This document shows positions 1 to 9,003 of a stretch of DNA of 29,541 bases, in pieces (position 1 is the first letter of the stretch; every line of letters begins with the position of its first letter). The stretch lies in the IMG/VR virus record IMGVR_UViG_3300031519_011019, positions 1 through 29,541 of that record. One strand, written 5' to 3'. This DNA is from a virus (taxonomy: Duplodnaviria > Caudoviricetes). The notes beneath the pieces were generated by a model. The model made no database searches, was not told the DNA's origin, and saw nothing but the letters and a program-made list of their open reading frames with translations. Both the position numbers and the translations under genes were made by a program.

Positions 1-183
1 TTAATCCTCTTCCTTAATTATGAGTAATGGTCTTTGAAAGCCATCTTCTTCAATCCAGTTTAATTTGCAGAAATTCTCGTTGCCTTCATTGTCCATGACA
101 ACTACTCTGCTATTCAAATCAATTCTACCATCATTAATCCACGTCTTAATGTCATCCCAGTATAATTGTTTATTACTCATCAT
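1..183 (-). CDS. Hypothetical protein (60 aa)
   Basis: ORF track; same orientation as neighbouring genes; stop codon at window start. Confidence 0.6.
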   Translation of the reverse strand: MMSNKQLYWDDIKTWINDGRIDLNSRVVVMDNEGNENFCKLNWIEEDGFQRPLLIIKEED

Positions 184-211
184 ACAGTATTATAGCTCTA
201 AGTGTCCTTTA

Positions 212-799
212 TTACAACCATTTATTGGTTTTAAACCATGTATCAAAATCACGCTGTTTGATGATAACTCCGATCTTATTTCCCATGTACGGTATTGGCT
301 CGAAATGTGCTGTCTCAAGTACCTTCTTGACTCTGTGAGGAAACATAACGCCCCACTTAATATCATGCTTCTTATACTCAATCCTTTTAATATGTGCATC
401 TAAGTTATAATCCTTTGGTTTACGTAGGTCCACTATGTCTCTTACACTATTATATATGAACAGTATCGCCGCTCCTTCTCTCACATAAGATTGTAAGTCT
501 GCTTTTTTGAGTGTCAACTTACCTGCTGTCGGCACCCACTTTACTTCCATCGGTACGTTACGATTCCAATTATCACCATTCTTAATATCTATGATGTAAT
601 CGGCACCAGCCGTGTTGGTTCCAGTTTCGACATATTCACCATCATTGCCAACTCCATTGTCACTTGCGTTCTCGTATGAGACATTGTATTTATCAAGTTG
701 ATCTAGGAATCCTGTCCAAAAATATTTCTCAATGGCTGTACCAAACGAGATGTCTTTTTTGAATGTGTCCTTGCTTCGATTGTCGAATCTTTTGTCCAT
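212..799 (-). CDS. Putative PD-(D/E)XK restriction-endonuclease-fold protein
   Basis: 195 aa; N-terminal helix with Glu (GTAIEKY), then GADYII...MEVKW matching the D...(D/E)xK signature. Confidence 0.55.
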   Translation of the reverse strand: MDKRFDNRSKDTFKKDISFGTAIEKYFWTGFLDQLDKYNVSYENASDNGVGNDGEYVETGTNTAGADYIIDIKNGDNWNRNVPMEVKWVPTAGKLTLKKADLQSYVREGAAILFIYNSVRDIVDLRKPKDYNLDAHIKRIEYKKHDIKWGVMFPHRVKKVLETAHFEPIPYMGNKIGVIIKQRDFDTWFKTNKWL

Positions 800-861
800 T
801 AACCATCCCTTTACTATATATTACACGTTTTTTGTGTTAAGATTACAATAGTTATTGTGTA

Positions 862-1560
862 TCACGTATTTTCTTTCTTTCTTGCCTCTTTGATCATTTT
901 ATATAGTGTCATCTTATGTTCCATATCCTTTATATAATATACTGGATCAAGTTCTGTCTCGACGAATAGGTCTATGATATTCTTGGTTAATGCCTTTTGT
1001 TCCCCAGACGCCATGAGGTCAACCAATTCATTCTCTCTATGTGTAATGGCTGTCATCAACATGAACCAATGTAGCCTCTCGCTATTGTCTTTCGATCTAA
1101 GATACTTAGATGTTATTCTACGTGTAAGCACTCTGTATCTGTGTGTCTCAACATATAGTTGAGCACTGGTCATGATGTCCCATGAGTCACTCTCTGTTAA
1201 TCCAACATCCTTATCCGTTGGGTGCATGTGTATTGCTCGACATAATACAGCGTCAACCTTATCTGTCTCTTTATAGAATTGTTTCATGGCTCCATCAACA
1301 GCATCAATCTTCGCAGTTGTGCGTGTCACCGGACCAAGGTTTACTGGTTCCTTTTTCTTGTAATAGCGTTCAGGCACCAAAGAACGGTCCCTCTTCATGC
1401 GATCCCAGATTTCTTGAGGTGTTTCTGCACGGGGTAGTTTTACAATTGGTGCGGGAATGGCTCTTCCAAAGGTTGGAGATGTAGGGTCTAAATCTTGAGC
1501 GGCATTTGCTGTAGCCGCAACTAAAATTAAGGCTCCGAGTATTCCGGCGATTGATTTCAT
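862..1560 (-). CDS. Secreted/exported hypothetical protein
   Basis: N-terminus MKSIAGILGALILVAATANA-AQ resembles a Sec signal peptide with AxA cleavage site; promoter TTGACT-16-TACAAT at 1606-1633. Confidence 0.7.
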   Translation of the reverse strand: MKSIAGILGALILVAATANAAQDLDPTSPTFGRAIPAPIVKLPRAETPQEIWDRMKRDRSLVPERYYKKKEPVNLGPVTRTTAKIDAVDGAMKQFYKETDKVDAVLCRAIHMHPTDKDVGLTESDSWDIMTSAQLYVETHRYRVLTRRITSKYLRSKDNSERLHWFMLMTAITHRENELVDLMASGEQKALTKNIIDLFVETELDPVYYIKDMEHKMTLYKMIKEARKKENT

Positions 1561-1640
1561 TGTAAACTGTCCTAATGATTGTACTTCAATAAGCTTGATA
1601 TAATTATTGTACCAGTATATTCTGAGAAGTCAATAGTTCT

Positions 1641-2027
1641 TCAGAAATGATACCAACTCCTAAGAATGTTTTGAATGAATTGTACGAAACCAGATGGTGG
1701 CAATGAGTTGCCGTAGTTGCATCCTGATCTATCTCTAATCATTTTCCGTATTGTGTCTACAGTCTCGTTAAAGTCTTTGTTGTGTGTCATCCACCATCCA
1801 GCATGTCCTATCAACAGGTGGCATCGGCTACACATGGTGGCTAAGTTGTTCTCATCCAATTCTAATTCTGGCTTTACGCAGAATGGTATTATATGATGAA
1901 CCTGTAACTTCTTTTTTGATCCGCAGCATATACACTTGTTATTTTTCTCTATGAAATCATTGCGTACTATATGCCACATTGAACTTCTTTTGGTTCCGCC
2001 AAATCTTTCTGCTATTGAATCTATCAA
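1641..2027 (-). CDS. HNH endonuclease
   Basis: CxxC...LQVHHIIP...NLATMCSRCH motif; TTG start after GGGGG RBS. Confidence 0.85.
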   Translation of the reverse strand: MIDSIAERFGGTKRSSMWHIVRNDFIEKNNKCICCGSKKKLQVHHIIPFCVKPELELDENNLATMCSRCHLLIGHAGWWMTHNKDFNETVDTIRKMIRDRSGCNYGNSLPPSGFVQFIQNILRSWYHF

Positions 2028-2030
2028 TTT

Positions 2031-2174
2031 TTAGCCCCCTTTTTTAAAATACTTTATAATATATTGAAATGCTACTCTCCATACTCCTACGATAAAATAT
2101 CCTACCACTCCGACTGTCATTAAATAAGCTGTAAACAATGCTGTCAGCATTAATGTTTCTTGCCATTTCATCAT
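2031..2174 (-). CDS. Small membrane protein (47 aa)
   Basis: Hand-translated MMKWQETLMLTALFTAYLMTVGVVGYFIVGVWRVAFQYIIKYFKKGG; ATGA overlap with upstream stop. Confidence 0.55.
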   Translation of the reverse strand: MMKWQETLMLTALFTAYLMTVGVVGYFIVGVWRVAFQYIIKYFKKGG

Positions 2175-2338
2175 GAGTACGTGCCTCCACAGTCGCAAGT
2201 ATAATCATACATGCCATTGATATACGGTAATTCTGATTCCCATATCATATTACCACAATTGTCACATGTTACCATGATGCAAGAAAAAAGTAATTCTTCT
2301 TCCCAGCCCCATTCGCCGTCAAATAGATTACCCATCAT
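2171..2338 (-). CDS. Small Zn-ribbon protein (55 aa)
   Basis: Hand-translated; CDNCG...CDCGG; GGAG RBS. Confidence 0.6.
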   Translation of the reverse strand: MMGNLFDGEWGWEEELLFSCIMVTCDNCGNMIWESELPYINGMYDYTCDCGGTYS

Positions 2339-2427
2339 TTACTCCTAATATTTCATCTATGAGTTGTTCGAGTTCTTCTTTTAATACTATTTTAGCATCT
2401 CCTGATGTTTTGTCAACCTCAATTGTT

Positions 2428-2868
2428 TCAAAGGGCAAATTGTCTTTTTCCATACTCTTCCTCGTCTTTCTTGTCCTGTTTAATTGCGTTGTTCAGTCCT
2501 ATATACTCTGATTCATATACTTTTTGCGTATTGTTTTTCCACGGATAGCGGGACGTAAAGACACGCTCCTCGTCATTTACTTTGTAGCTTATAGTTATAT
2601 ACTCTGCGTCATGAGCATAATATATATTTTGAATTTCTGTGTCATCTAGCAGACCCTGTACCCTTTGTACAACCAGAAACCTTTCAAGCAGCACACGCTC
2701 GAAATATCTAATGTATATTTGATCTTCTGGTGCTGACGGATCGATGACGCATGATAAGTCTTGATAGAACTGAACATGTGCTTTAACTAAAAATCTGGCG
2801 TAATTAAAATGAATAGCAAGTGTTAAAAGTGCTGTTAATACTAATAATAGCTTTAGTGATAATCTCAT
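2428..2868 (-). CDS. Membrane-anchored hypothetical protein
   Basis: Start moved to ATG 2868 (ATGA overlap); hydrophobic N-terminus MRLSLKLLLVLTALLTLAIHF. Confidence 0.65.
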   Translation of the reverse strand: MRLSLKLLLVLTALLTLAIHFNYARFLVKAHVQFYQDLSCVIDPSAPEDQIYIRYFERVLLERFLVVQRVQGLLDDTEIQNIYYAHDAEYITISYKVNDEERVFTSRYPWKNNTQKVYESEYIGLNNAIKQDKKDEEEYGKRQFAL

Positions 2869-3383
2869 GCTAGCACCTCTTGTTCTACTGGAGACCACCA
2901 CGAAGGAGCCTCGCGGCCTTTGTCCCACTTGGCAAAATATGCTTTGTCGTTGTTATAGTATGTACGATACGCTTGCACTGCATCGCTGTGCCTGTATTCG
3001 TCTGGCATACATTGAGCGAATGGTGTCAGTCTGCCGACAGGTATTAGGCGGCATAGCTCAGTCATAGTCTCTATCTTGTGCTGACACTTATGCACTTTGT
3101 TATAACGCAGCGTGTACTCTTGACATAGCTCTAGACCGTGTGCAGCAAGCCACAGGAAGTTAGGTCGTGTGTCGCCTGACCATACTGTAGCAGGGTGATT
3201 CTTGTAGCCACCCTTGATAGGTTTGCCTGACTCTGCTAATGGCATTTGGTCGTCGGTAGCACCGTGTCGTCGTAGTGCTGACCCCATCATCTGCAATGAT
3301 TCCACGCACATCTTAGGGATATGCTTGTCGCACATCTGTCGTGCTGCACGTTGCGGGTCTGTGTCTAGTATGAAAATGTTCAT
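2865..3383 (-). CDS. Pyrimidine dimer DNA glycosylase / T4 endonuclease V family protein
   Basis: MNIFILD...A...CDKHIPKMCVESLQM, YKNHPATVW, LCQEYTLRYNKVH and AYRTYY motifs typical of phage DenV-like proteins. Confidence 0.85.
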   Translation of the reverse strand: MNIFILDTDPQRAARQMCDKHIPKMCVESLQMMGSALRRHGATDDQMPLAESGKPIKGGYKNHPATVWSGDTRPNFLWLAAHGLELCQEYTLRYNKVHKCQHKIETMTELCRLIPVGRLTPFAQCMPDEYRHSDAVQAYRTYYNNDKAYFAKWDKGREAPSWWSPVEQEVLA

Positions 3384-3390
3384 GTTGCTC

Positions 3391-3573
3391 CTAAAAATTA
3401 GCTATGACAATGATGACGATCTTTGTGACGCCATAGCCAAGTATACCACAAATGATGAAAGAAGTCAAGAAGTCTATTGTATTTCGTAGTATGTTCGTTT
3501 TAAACAATGGTTCATCCTCTTCTATGTGGCCACCGTCATTTTCCCATCTATTAATATCATTTTGGTCTGTCAT
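3391..3573 (-). CDS. Small membrane protein
   Basis: 60 aa with a C-terminal hydrophobic helix. Confidence 0.6.
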   Translation of the reverse strand: MTDQNDINRWENDGGHIEEDEPLFKTNILRNTIDFLTSFIICGILGYGVTKIVIIVIANF

Positions 3574-3576
3574 GGC

Positions 3577-3972
3577 TTATTTCTCCTTTTGTAAGAACCA
3601 TTCTTTAGCCGCCGTAAGTGTTTTGAATCTGCCCATCAATGTGCCGTGGAAAGCCTCACCGCTTTGTGTGTCTAACAGGCTAGCATTCTTGCTATATTGA
3701 AAGACGTGCCATTTGCCACCATCTTCCACATATTGCTTTTGTTCCTCCACTGTCCTCCTGCGGTCGAATACGTGAACTATGGCATATCTGCCGTAAGTGT
3801 AGCCCTGCATGACCTGCTGGTCGTCGCTACTTCTGGCACCGTACCACCCGTGGTGATAGACCATGATGGTCTTTTCTGGGATATACTCATGTTTGTCATA
3901 ATCATACTCACCTTGGTTGTGAAAGTCCGAGGTGCGAAATTTGTTAAACTTAATTGCTTTGATTGTTTTCAT
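3577..3972 (-). CDS. Hypothetical protein, possibly leaderless
   Basis: 131 aa; ATG lies 6 nt downstream of a perfect -10. Confidence 0.7.
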   Translation of the reverse strand: MKTIKAIKFNKFRTSDFHNQGEYDYDKHEYIPEKTIMVYHHGWYGARSSDDQQVMQGYTYGRYAIVHVFDRRRTVEEQKQYVEDGGKWHVFQYSKNASLLDTQSGEAFHGTLMGRFKTLTAAKEWFLQKEK

Positions 3973-3978
3973 ATACTT

Positions 3979-4007
3979 ATTATAGCCTACAGAACAATCT
4001 TTGTCAA
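3979..4007 (-). promoter_or_regulatory. Sigma70-type promoter
   Basis: TTGACA-17-TATAAT on the minus strand. Confidence 0.85.
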
Positions 4008-4010
4008 GTT

Positions 4011-4388
4011 TTATTTCATAACTTTATATGTCATCTCATTGGGCATGGAGAATGCTTGAGTATGCTCACGGTAATCTTTGGTACGCCCCCGTTTGTACTC
4101 GAACACGCATATGTCGTCTTTGATACCATATATAATGATCTCGTCTTGGCCTGAACCAGACCATTCAAATAATAATATATCATGAGTGTCAAACTTTATT
4201 GTGTTACAAAGAGCGTTGGCACAGTCAGCACCGAGAGTGTCAGATGCTTCTTCTAGCGTTGTTAGGCGTTTCGGCTTTGTTATGTCGCCAAACAGGACAG
4301 TACGCAGGGGAGAATCAAGTTCTATTGGATTGACCAAGGGTCCACTTTGTAGTAACAGTACCGCCGCAATGATCAATGCCTTTATCAT
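4011..4388 (-). CDS. Secreted hypothetical protein
   Basis: Signal-peptide-like MIKALIIAAVLLLQ; ATGA overlap. Confidence 0.65.
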   Translation of the reverse strand: MIKALIIAAVLLLQSGPLVNPIELDSPLRTVLFGDITKPKRLTTLEEASDTLGADCANALCNTIKFDTHDILLFEWSGSGQDEIIIYGIKDDICVFEYKRGRTKDYREHTQAFSMPNEMTYKVMK

Positions 4389-4708
4389 AATATAACCTTT
4401 TTCTTTTCTAAGCTATTTTCTTCATTGTGCAAGTTATTACTATTTTTAACTTTAGAATCAAGAATAGGTGCCCAACCTAAAAAGTGAACTACTGCCGCCC
4501 CGTTTAAGAATCCGAACCCAAAGACCACAACATAATTTAGGTCTTCGCCCATGTAACTATAAGCCCAAGCATTGACAACTGCTGAGATGGTCGTGTCAGG
4601 CCCAAATTTAGCCAGTACCCAGAGATCAAACCCAAGTAGTGCTGCACACCCGAATATAATTACGACCGCTGTGATCCATCTACCGATCTGTATGGCGTTA
4701 TATTTCAT
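4385..4708 (-). CDS. Two-TM membrane protein
   Basis: Two hydrophobic segments and a charged C-terminal tail. Confidence 0.65.
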   Translation of the reverse strand: MKYNAIQIGRWITAVVIIFGCAALLGFDLWVLAKFGPDTTISAVVNAWAYSYMGEDLNYVVVFGFGFLNGAAVVHFLGWAPILDSKVKNSNNLHNEENSLEKKKVIL

Positions 4709-4941
4709 CTGTCTAAGTTATCAATCGCTGTGAGTTGTGTTTCAATGATTTCAATCTCAATTTCTGTTGTCTCAAGTTCTGTCCAAAGATCATTTATGTC
4801 TTGTTGAGCTACTGTATTAGGCACTATCTCATTTGCACCTTCATACTTCCCTATTTTTTGCTGTAAGTTGTTTTTCTTGATAGTTTCTTGTTTGAGCTGT
4901 AAACCCAATATGTGTGTGGCTGCCGCTTTAGATTCAGACAT
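4705..4941 (-). CDS. Hypothetical coiled-coil protein
   Basis: 78 aa; translationally coupled. Confidence 0.65.
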   Translation of the reverse strand: MSESKAAATHILGLQLKQETIKKNNLQQKIGKYEGANEIVPNTVAQQDINDLWTELETTEIEIEIIETQLTAIDNLDR

Positions 4942-4942
4942 G

Positions 4943-5314
4943 TTACGCCTCCTCTTCTTCTTCTCTTTTTCGTGATTCTGCCTGTGATCGCTCCAGTTCT
5001 TGGCTGACTATAGCCTCTATAATCTCTTCTGATTTGTGATTGATTAAGATTGACACTCCACGCAATGCAATAGCTGCGTCGTGTGGCGTGATTGCTCCGT
5101 CATCTAATCTTCTTGCTATCATTAATAACGGACTAATTACATTATTGAGATTATTCACCTCTAATGCAAGTTCTTCCTCGTGTACGTCGATAAATTGATG
5201 ATACGACATCGTGCTGCTTGTTATTGGCATTTTGGCATCCTCTGCAAAACGGTCTGGTACTTTGTGTATAGGAAGTTGCCTTTCGCCTAAAGGTAACTCA
5301 TTTGGGTCGCTCAT
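4943..5314 (-). CDS. Hypothetical protein
   Basis: 123 aa, acidic; coupled to neighbours. Confidence 0.7.
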   Translation of the reverse strand: MSDPNELPLGERQLPIHKVPDRFAEDAKMPITSSTMSYHQFIDVHEEELALEVNNLNNVISPLLMIARRLDDGAITPHDAAIALRGVSILINHKSEEIIEAIVSQELERSQAESRKREEEEEA

Positions 5315-5484
5315 TGTTTTCTACCTTTTAGTGTTCGAAGCTCCGTTAGGCCATTGTACAGATCAAATAATCTGATATCAATATTCTCCCCGGTTATCTT
5401 CTTATGAATTAGTGTTTTGATGATATATTCTATGGGATTTGCTTCTCTATTAGCATCCGCATCTCGTTGTTCTGGTGTTCTCAT
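5311..5484 (-). CDS. Hypothetical protein (57 aa)
   Basis: Hand-translated MRTPEQRDADANRE...; AAGGGA RBS; ATGA overlap. Confidence 0.55.
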   Translation of the reverse strand: MRTPEQRDADANREANPIEYIIKTLIHKKITGENIDIRLFDLYNGLTELRTLKGRKQ

Positions 5485-5497
5485 TTCGTCCCTTTCT

Positions 5498-5730
5498 TCA
5501 TATTATATTATACACTATCGCTAATAACGTCCCATAAACAAAGGCAGTTACCAATATAAACGTATTGTCATCCATCATTGTACTAATAACACCGCGTTGA
5601 TTAATTTTACTACCAGTATCGTCATAGCCGTAAATGCCAGCGTAACTAATGGCAGCAACAAAAACGTAGACCAGTCAACGTCCGCGTATATACCAATACG
5701 TTCTTCTTGTTCTAAGTCTTCGCTCATCAT
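5498..5730 (-). CDS. Two coupled tiny membrane peptides (5575-5730, 51 aa; 5498-5578, 26 aa)
   Basis: Hand-translated hydrophobic ORFs joined by ATGA overlaps. Confidence 0.5.
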
Positions 5731-6044
5731 TCCATATGCTCGTTATGTGATTCAAATGCGTACTCAATAGCAAAAGCCAACATTTCTACTTGGTCGGGAG
5801 TGTATTCCAGTCCCTCTTCTGCTAAACAATGCCTGTACTGCAATCGTGTCTTTTCATCCATGATTGATATTTGATGGTAATTGGCTAATGTGTCTTCATG
5901 TTCATCATCTAATTCAGCTACTTCTAATATTAACCAAATTTCCATTACTGTATTGAATATTCTATCTTTATCCACTGGCGATACATCGCACCAGTCATCT
6001 TGAAATACGGTGGTCATTGCCATATCAAAATCGTCTTTAGTCAT
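5727..6044 (-). CDS. Hypothetical protein, paralog of 7258-7548
   Basis: Start moved to ATG 6044 (GGAG RBS); shares the YR..(L/M)AEEG.E.TP.QV..L....YA.E block. Confidence 0.7.
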   Translation of the reverse strand: MTKDDFDMAMTTVFQDDWCDVSPVDKDRIFNTVMEIWLILEVAELDDEHEDTLANYHQISIMDEKTRLQYRHCLAEEGLEYTPDQVEMLAFAIEYAFESHNEHME

Positions 6045-6211
6045 AGTACAACTCCATTCATGATTAAAAGTAAAAATCCCATAGCAATGAGTATCCAAAA
6101 TATCTTGCTGCTCACATTTTACTCCATTTTCGTGAATTGTCAAGTAGATTAACGTGGGGGTTTATACCAATTTCATTTCGTTTTGTATTGTTTCCGTGGG
6201 ATTCGTTCCCA

Positions 6212-6825
6212 TTATATCATCAAACCTATCAAAGTTGCTAACATTATCGAACCACCCAGACAAATGACCAAAACTACTGGAATTACCTTATCTTTTCTGT
6301 CTGCTGGTAGTCGGTTGAATCTTGTGAGATAGCTCGGTTCATCGTTTAGGTTTACGTTTCTTCTGTCGCGTTTGAGTCTCATTTTTACGCCCCCTATGCC
6401 ATGCTAAGTACAGTACGTTGGACAATAAAAAGACTAAGGCGACCCCAAGAATTATTCCCATTTCATATTGTGATAACCATAGTGCGTCCATACTATATTA
6501 TACACCTATGAGGATTCTGTATAGGAATTCGGCTAATAAGCATATTGCTAATAACACTATAAATCGCCGTATAAAACTGATATAGAGGTTCATATCGTAT
6601 TGTTAAATAAGAGGTAAAGGAAGTAAAATTTGGCACATACTAATAGGACAAGGTACGAATCGAGAATTTTGCGTCCAACAGTCGCTAAACAGCCTAAAAA
6701 GAGACATATGAATACAAGGGCCAATAGTTGACATTTCACTCATAGTTCCTTTCGATGTACACTAGGATAAGTGCAATACCTACGGGTAAAACCCATGATA
6801 TGATATAAACGTACGTATAACTCAT
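6212..6825 (-). CDS. Chain of five tiny membrane peptides (6736-6825, 6590-6739, 6498-6593, 6339-6491, 6212-6382)
   Basis: Hand-translated 29, 49, 31, 50 and 56 aa ORFs, each with 1-2 hydrophobic helices; GTGA/ATGA overlaps. Confidence 0.5.
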
Positions 6826-7009
6826 GACTGATACTCCTTACTAATATACAACATTACAATATACTCCCAATACACCCATATACTAAAATACTCAATATAC
6901 GGAATAATAAAATACTTGATCTACACCTGCTGCGTAGACCCAATGCAATATATTTTTAAGAGTATAATTTATTTATTTATTTGTATACCTGTATATGGGT
7001 ATGTATGTA

Positions 7010-7261
7010 TTACTTACTTAAATTCCTATTAAATCTAGCCCTAAGGATATCGTGGGCAATCGCAACGTCCGTAGATGTGCGTTCCCGGTCCATAGTCTCA
7101 TTATACACGCTAGCAGCCCAGTCGTCAAGTGATTCGTCGTCAAGTTCATGGCCTGATAATATATAATAAGCTATTTTTAATTCAGTATCATTAAAGTATG
7201 TAGGTCTAGTATATACGTCTGAAGCCCAATGTAATTGGTATTCTGTGGGTTCTATGCTCAT
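7010..7261 (-). CDS. Hypothetical protein
   Basis: 83 aa; ATGA overlap. Confidence 0.65.
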   Translation of the reverse strand: MSIEPTEYQLHWASDVYTRPTYFNDTELKIAYYILSGHELDDESLDDWAASVYNETMDRERTSTDVAIAHDILRARFNRNLSK

Positions 7262-7548
7262 GTCGTTTCCTCGGCTCTTTCTAGTGCGTATTGCATCGAT
7301 TCAATCAGTTGATCCACCTGTTCCGGGGTTAGCTCCTTGCCTTCCTCGGCCATCTTAGTCCTGTATTTCCTACGGCCCTCAACATCATAAGATAATATAT
7401 CACATACATCAGTATAATATTGTTTATCTTCCTTATGTACAGACTTATATATGTTTAACACTACATTATAAAAGTTATCCTTATCAGTGAATGTAGGATA
7501 AGACTTTTGCATGTGATAAAGGTATTCTCTAAAAGTTATAGTTTTCAT
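7258..7548 (-). CDS. Hypothetical protein, paralog of 5727-6044
   Basis: Start moved to ATG 7548 after AGGAGG. Confidence 0.7.
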   Translation of the reverse strand: MKTITFREYLYHMQKSYPTFTDKDNFYNVVLNIYKSVHKEDKQYYTDVCDILSYDVEGRRKYRTKMAEEGKELTPEQVDQLIESMQYALERAEETT

Positions 7549-7591
7549 GTGTTTTGCCCTCCTTTTGGCATGATTATATATAATAAGTCCT

Positions 7592-8014
7592 TTATTTGAC
7601 CTTTTTGGGAAAATGGTCTTTACTGTATGTAATACGGTGTGGGGCGTTAATATATGAGTTAACATGGCGGGATGGCTTCTCTGGTCCCATGTACAGATAC
7701 TCTGCACCATACGGTCCCCAAGCAACAATGCCTATACCCTTCTTGTCAATACTCATTACCTGATAAACGCCACGTGATGTGGTATAGTGACGCTCGCCCT
7801 CGCGGTCCTCAAAGTAGGGGCCACTGCCTTGTTTGCATCTGATCCGATCCCCTTTTGTCAATAAGGTCCAGTCAGAAATCTGATATTTCTTACCGGTAGT
7901 GCCACGGCCTTTGCGGATCACAAACTTATGTCCACACTCCTTGCACTCCTTAGTTCTGGCACCAACGATGATACCACAGCCGTCACATTTCTTCTGTCCT
8001 CGTTTGAGTGCCAT
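7592..8014 (-). CDS. N-terminal Zn-ribbon protein
   Basis: KKCDGCGIIVGARTKECKECGHKF double CxxC; basic; own promoter at 8057-8085. Confidence 0.75.
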   Translation of the reverse strand: MALKRGQKKCDGCGIIVGARTKECKECGHKFVIRKGRGTTGKKYQISDWTLLTKGDRIRCKQGSGPYFEDREGERHYTTSRGVYQVMSIDKKGIGIVAWGPYGAEYLYMGPEKPSRHVNSYINAPHRITYSKDHFPKKVK

Positions 8015-8056
8015 ATTGTCTTACTCCGGTTATTGTTAATTACTCTCACTACATAC

Positions 8057-8151
8057 ATTATATCCTCTACTCATATAAATGTCAATTAAAACTTCTCAAT
8101 AATTTTAAATAAAATAATACACTTGACAACCTAACTTATATATGTTATAAT
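8057..8151. promoter_or_regulatory. Back-to-back perfect sigma70 promoters
   Basis: Minus TTGACA-17-TATAAT (8057-8085) and plus TTGACA-17-TATAAT (8123-8151), separated by an AT-rich spacer. Confidence 0.85.
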
Positions 8152-8168
8152 GATAGGGACACCCTCAA

Positions 8169-8327
8169 AATCCCTGACTGTTTTTCGATAGGGTAAGATG
8201 GGGCGAGACAAACCTTTTAAAGAACCATTAGCAATCCGCCGATGATTTTCGATAGGTAAAGATGGGGCGAGACACGCTTGCAATCCCTGACTCTTTTTCG
8301 ATAGGGTAAGATTGGCAAAGACAAGCC
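8169..8327 (+). repeat. Three imperfect direct repeats of about 45 bp
   Basis: Units start at 8169, 8233 and 8282; consensus AATCCcTGAcT-TTTTCGATAGGgtAAGATgGGgcgAGACA. Confidence 0.85.
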
Positions 8328-8379
8328 TACCCCCCATTGTAGGGGGAGAGAGCAGAGGGCGACTGTCTAAAAAAAATTC

Positions 8380-8408
8380 TTGACAGACACTTGGTATTTG
8401 CGTATAAT
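8380..8408 (+). promoter_or_regulatory. Sigma70-type promoter with no downstream ORF
   Basis: TTGACA-gacac..-17-TATAAT followed by hairpin GTGGGC-GAA-GCCCAC. Confidence 0.75.
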
Positions 8409-8443
8409 TAACTGTGGGCGAAGCCCACTAATTAGAAGGGGCG

Positions 8444-8467
8444 AAAAAAAACCCCTCGTTAGAGGGG
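8444..8467 (-). terminator. Rho-independent terminator
   Basis: CCCCTC-TAAC-GAGGGG followed by T8 on the minus strand. Confidence 0.75.
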
Positions 8468-8552
8468 GGATAGAGGTCATGAGTTATTTAATGTATATTT
8501 ATACATACAATATATAATAGCCGTTGTCAATATAATCCTTAGAATAGTCACC

Positions 8553-8900
8553 TCATTTCTTTAAAGAAAAATTGTTGCCGTGGTCGGTCTCCTTGCTAGT
8601 AAAAGTGTGATCTCCTGATTTTGCCACTGCATCTTTCAACAGCGATTTATTCGAAACGTCGCCAGTCTGTCCCATTATCGTCAGTTCGTGAGTTTCGCTA
8701 TCGTATCGGACTAGGGCGGAGTACGAAATTTTTTGTCCGGCTAAATCCTTGTCTTCACCCATCCATACGCGACTGAATGAATTGACCCTGTAACGATCCT
8801 CGAATACATTGTGAGCCTTGGTGAAAATATGATTCTCTGGTTTCTCAACTTTAGACCATATCAGATCGGCTACAATTTGTTCTTTGCTCGTCATTTCCAT
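8553..8900 (-). CDS. Hypothetical protein
   Basis: 115 aa; AAGGAG RBS; promoter at 8936-8963. Confidence 0.75.
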   Translation of the reverse strand: MEMTSKEQIVADLIWSKVEKPENHIFTKAHNVFEDRYRVNSFSRVWMGEDKDLAGQKISYSALVRYDSETHELTIMGQTGDVSNKSLLKDAVAKSGDHTFTSKETDHGNNFSLKK

Positions 8901-8968
8901 GATGCTCTCCTTAGTTAGTTTCTCTTTACTTATATATTATAACAGACGTTCCACCGATGTCAAGCCTT

Positions 8969-8996
8969 GGGACAGGGGATTTTCGCCCCCTGCCCC
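8969..8996 (-). terminator. GC-rich hairpin after the DUF932-like gene
   Basis: GGGGCAGGGG...CCCCTGTCCC on the minus strand, a few nt after the stop; no U-tract. Confidence 0.5.
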
Positions 8997-9003
8997 CGTT
9001 GGC

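Noticed and set aside
8169-8327. CRISPR array
   Set aside because: Repeats are degenerate, the spacers are very short and unequal, and no cas genes are present
8131-8337. 68-aa minus-strand ORF across the triple repeat
   Set aside because: No family motif; it runs through the repeats and a promoter, so it is more likely incidental
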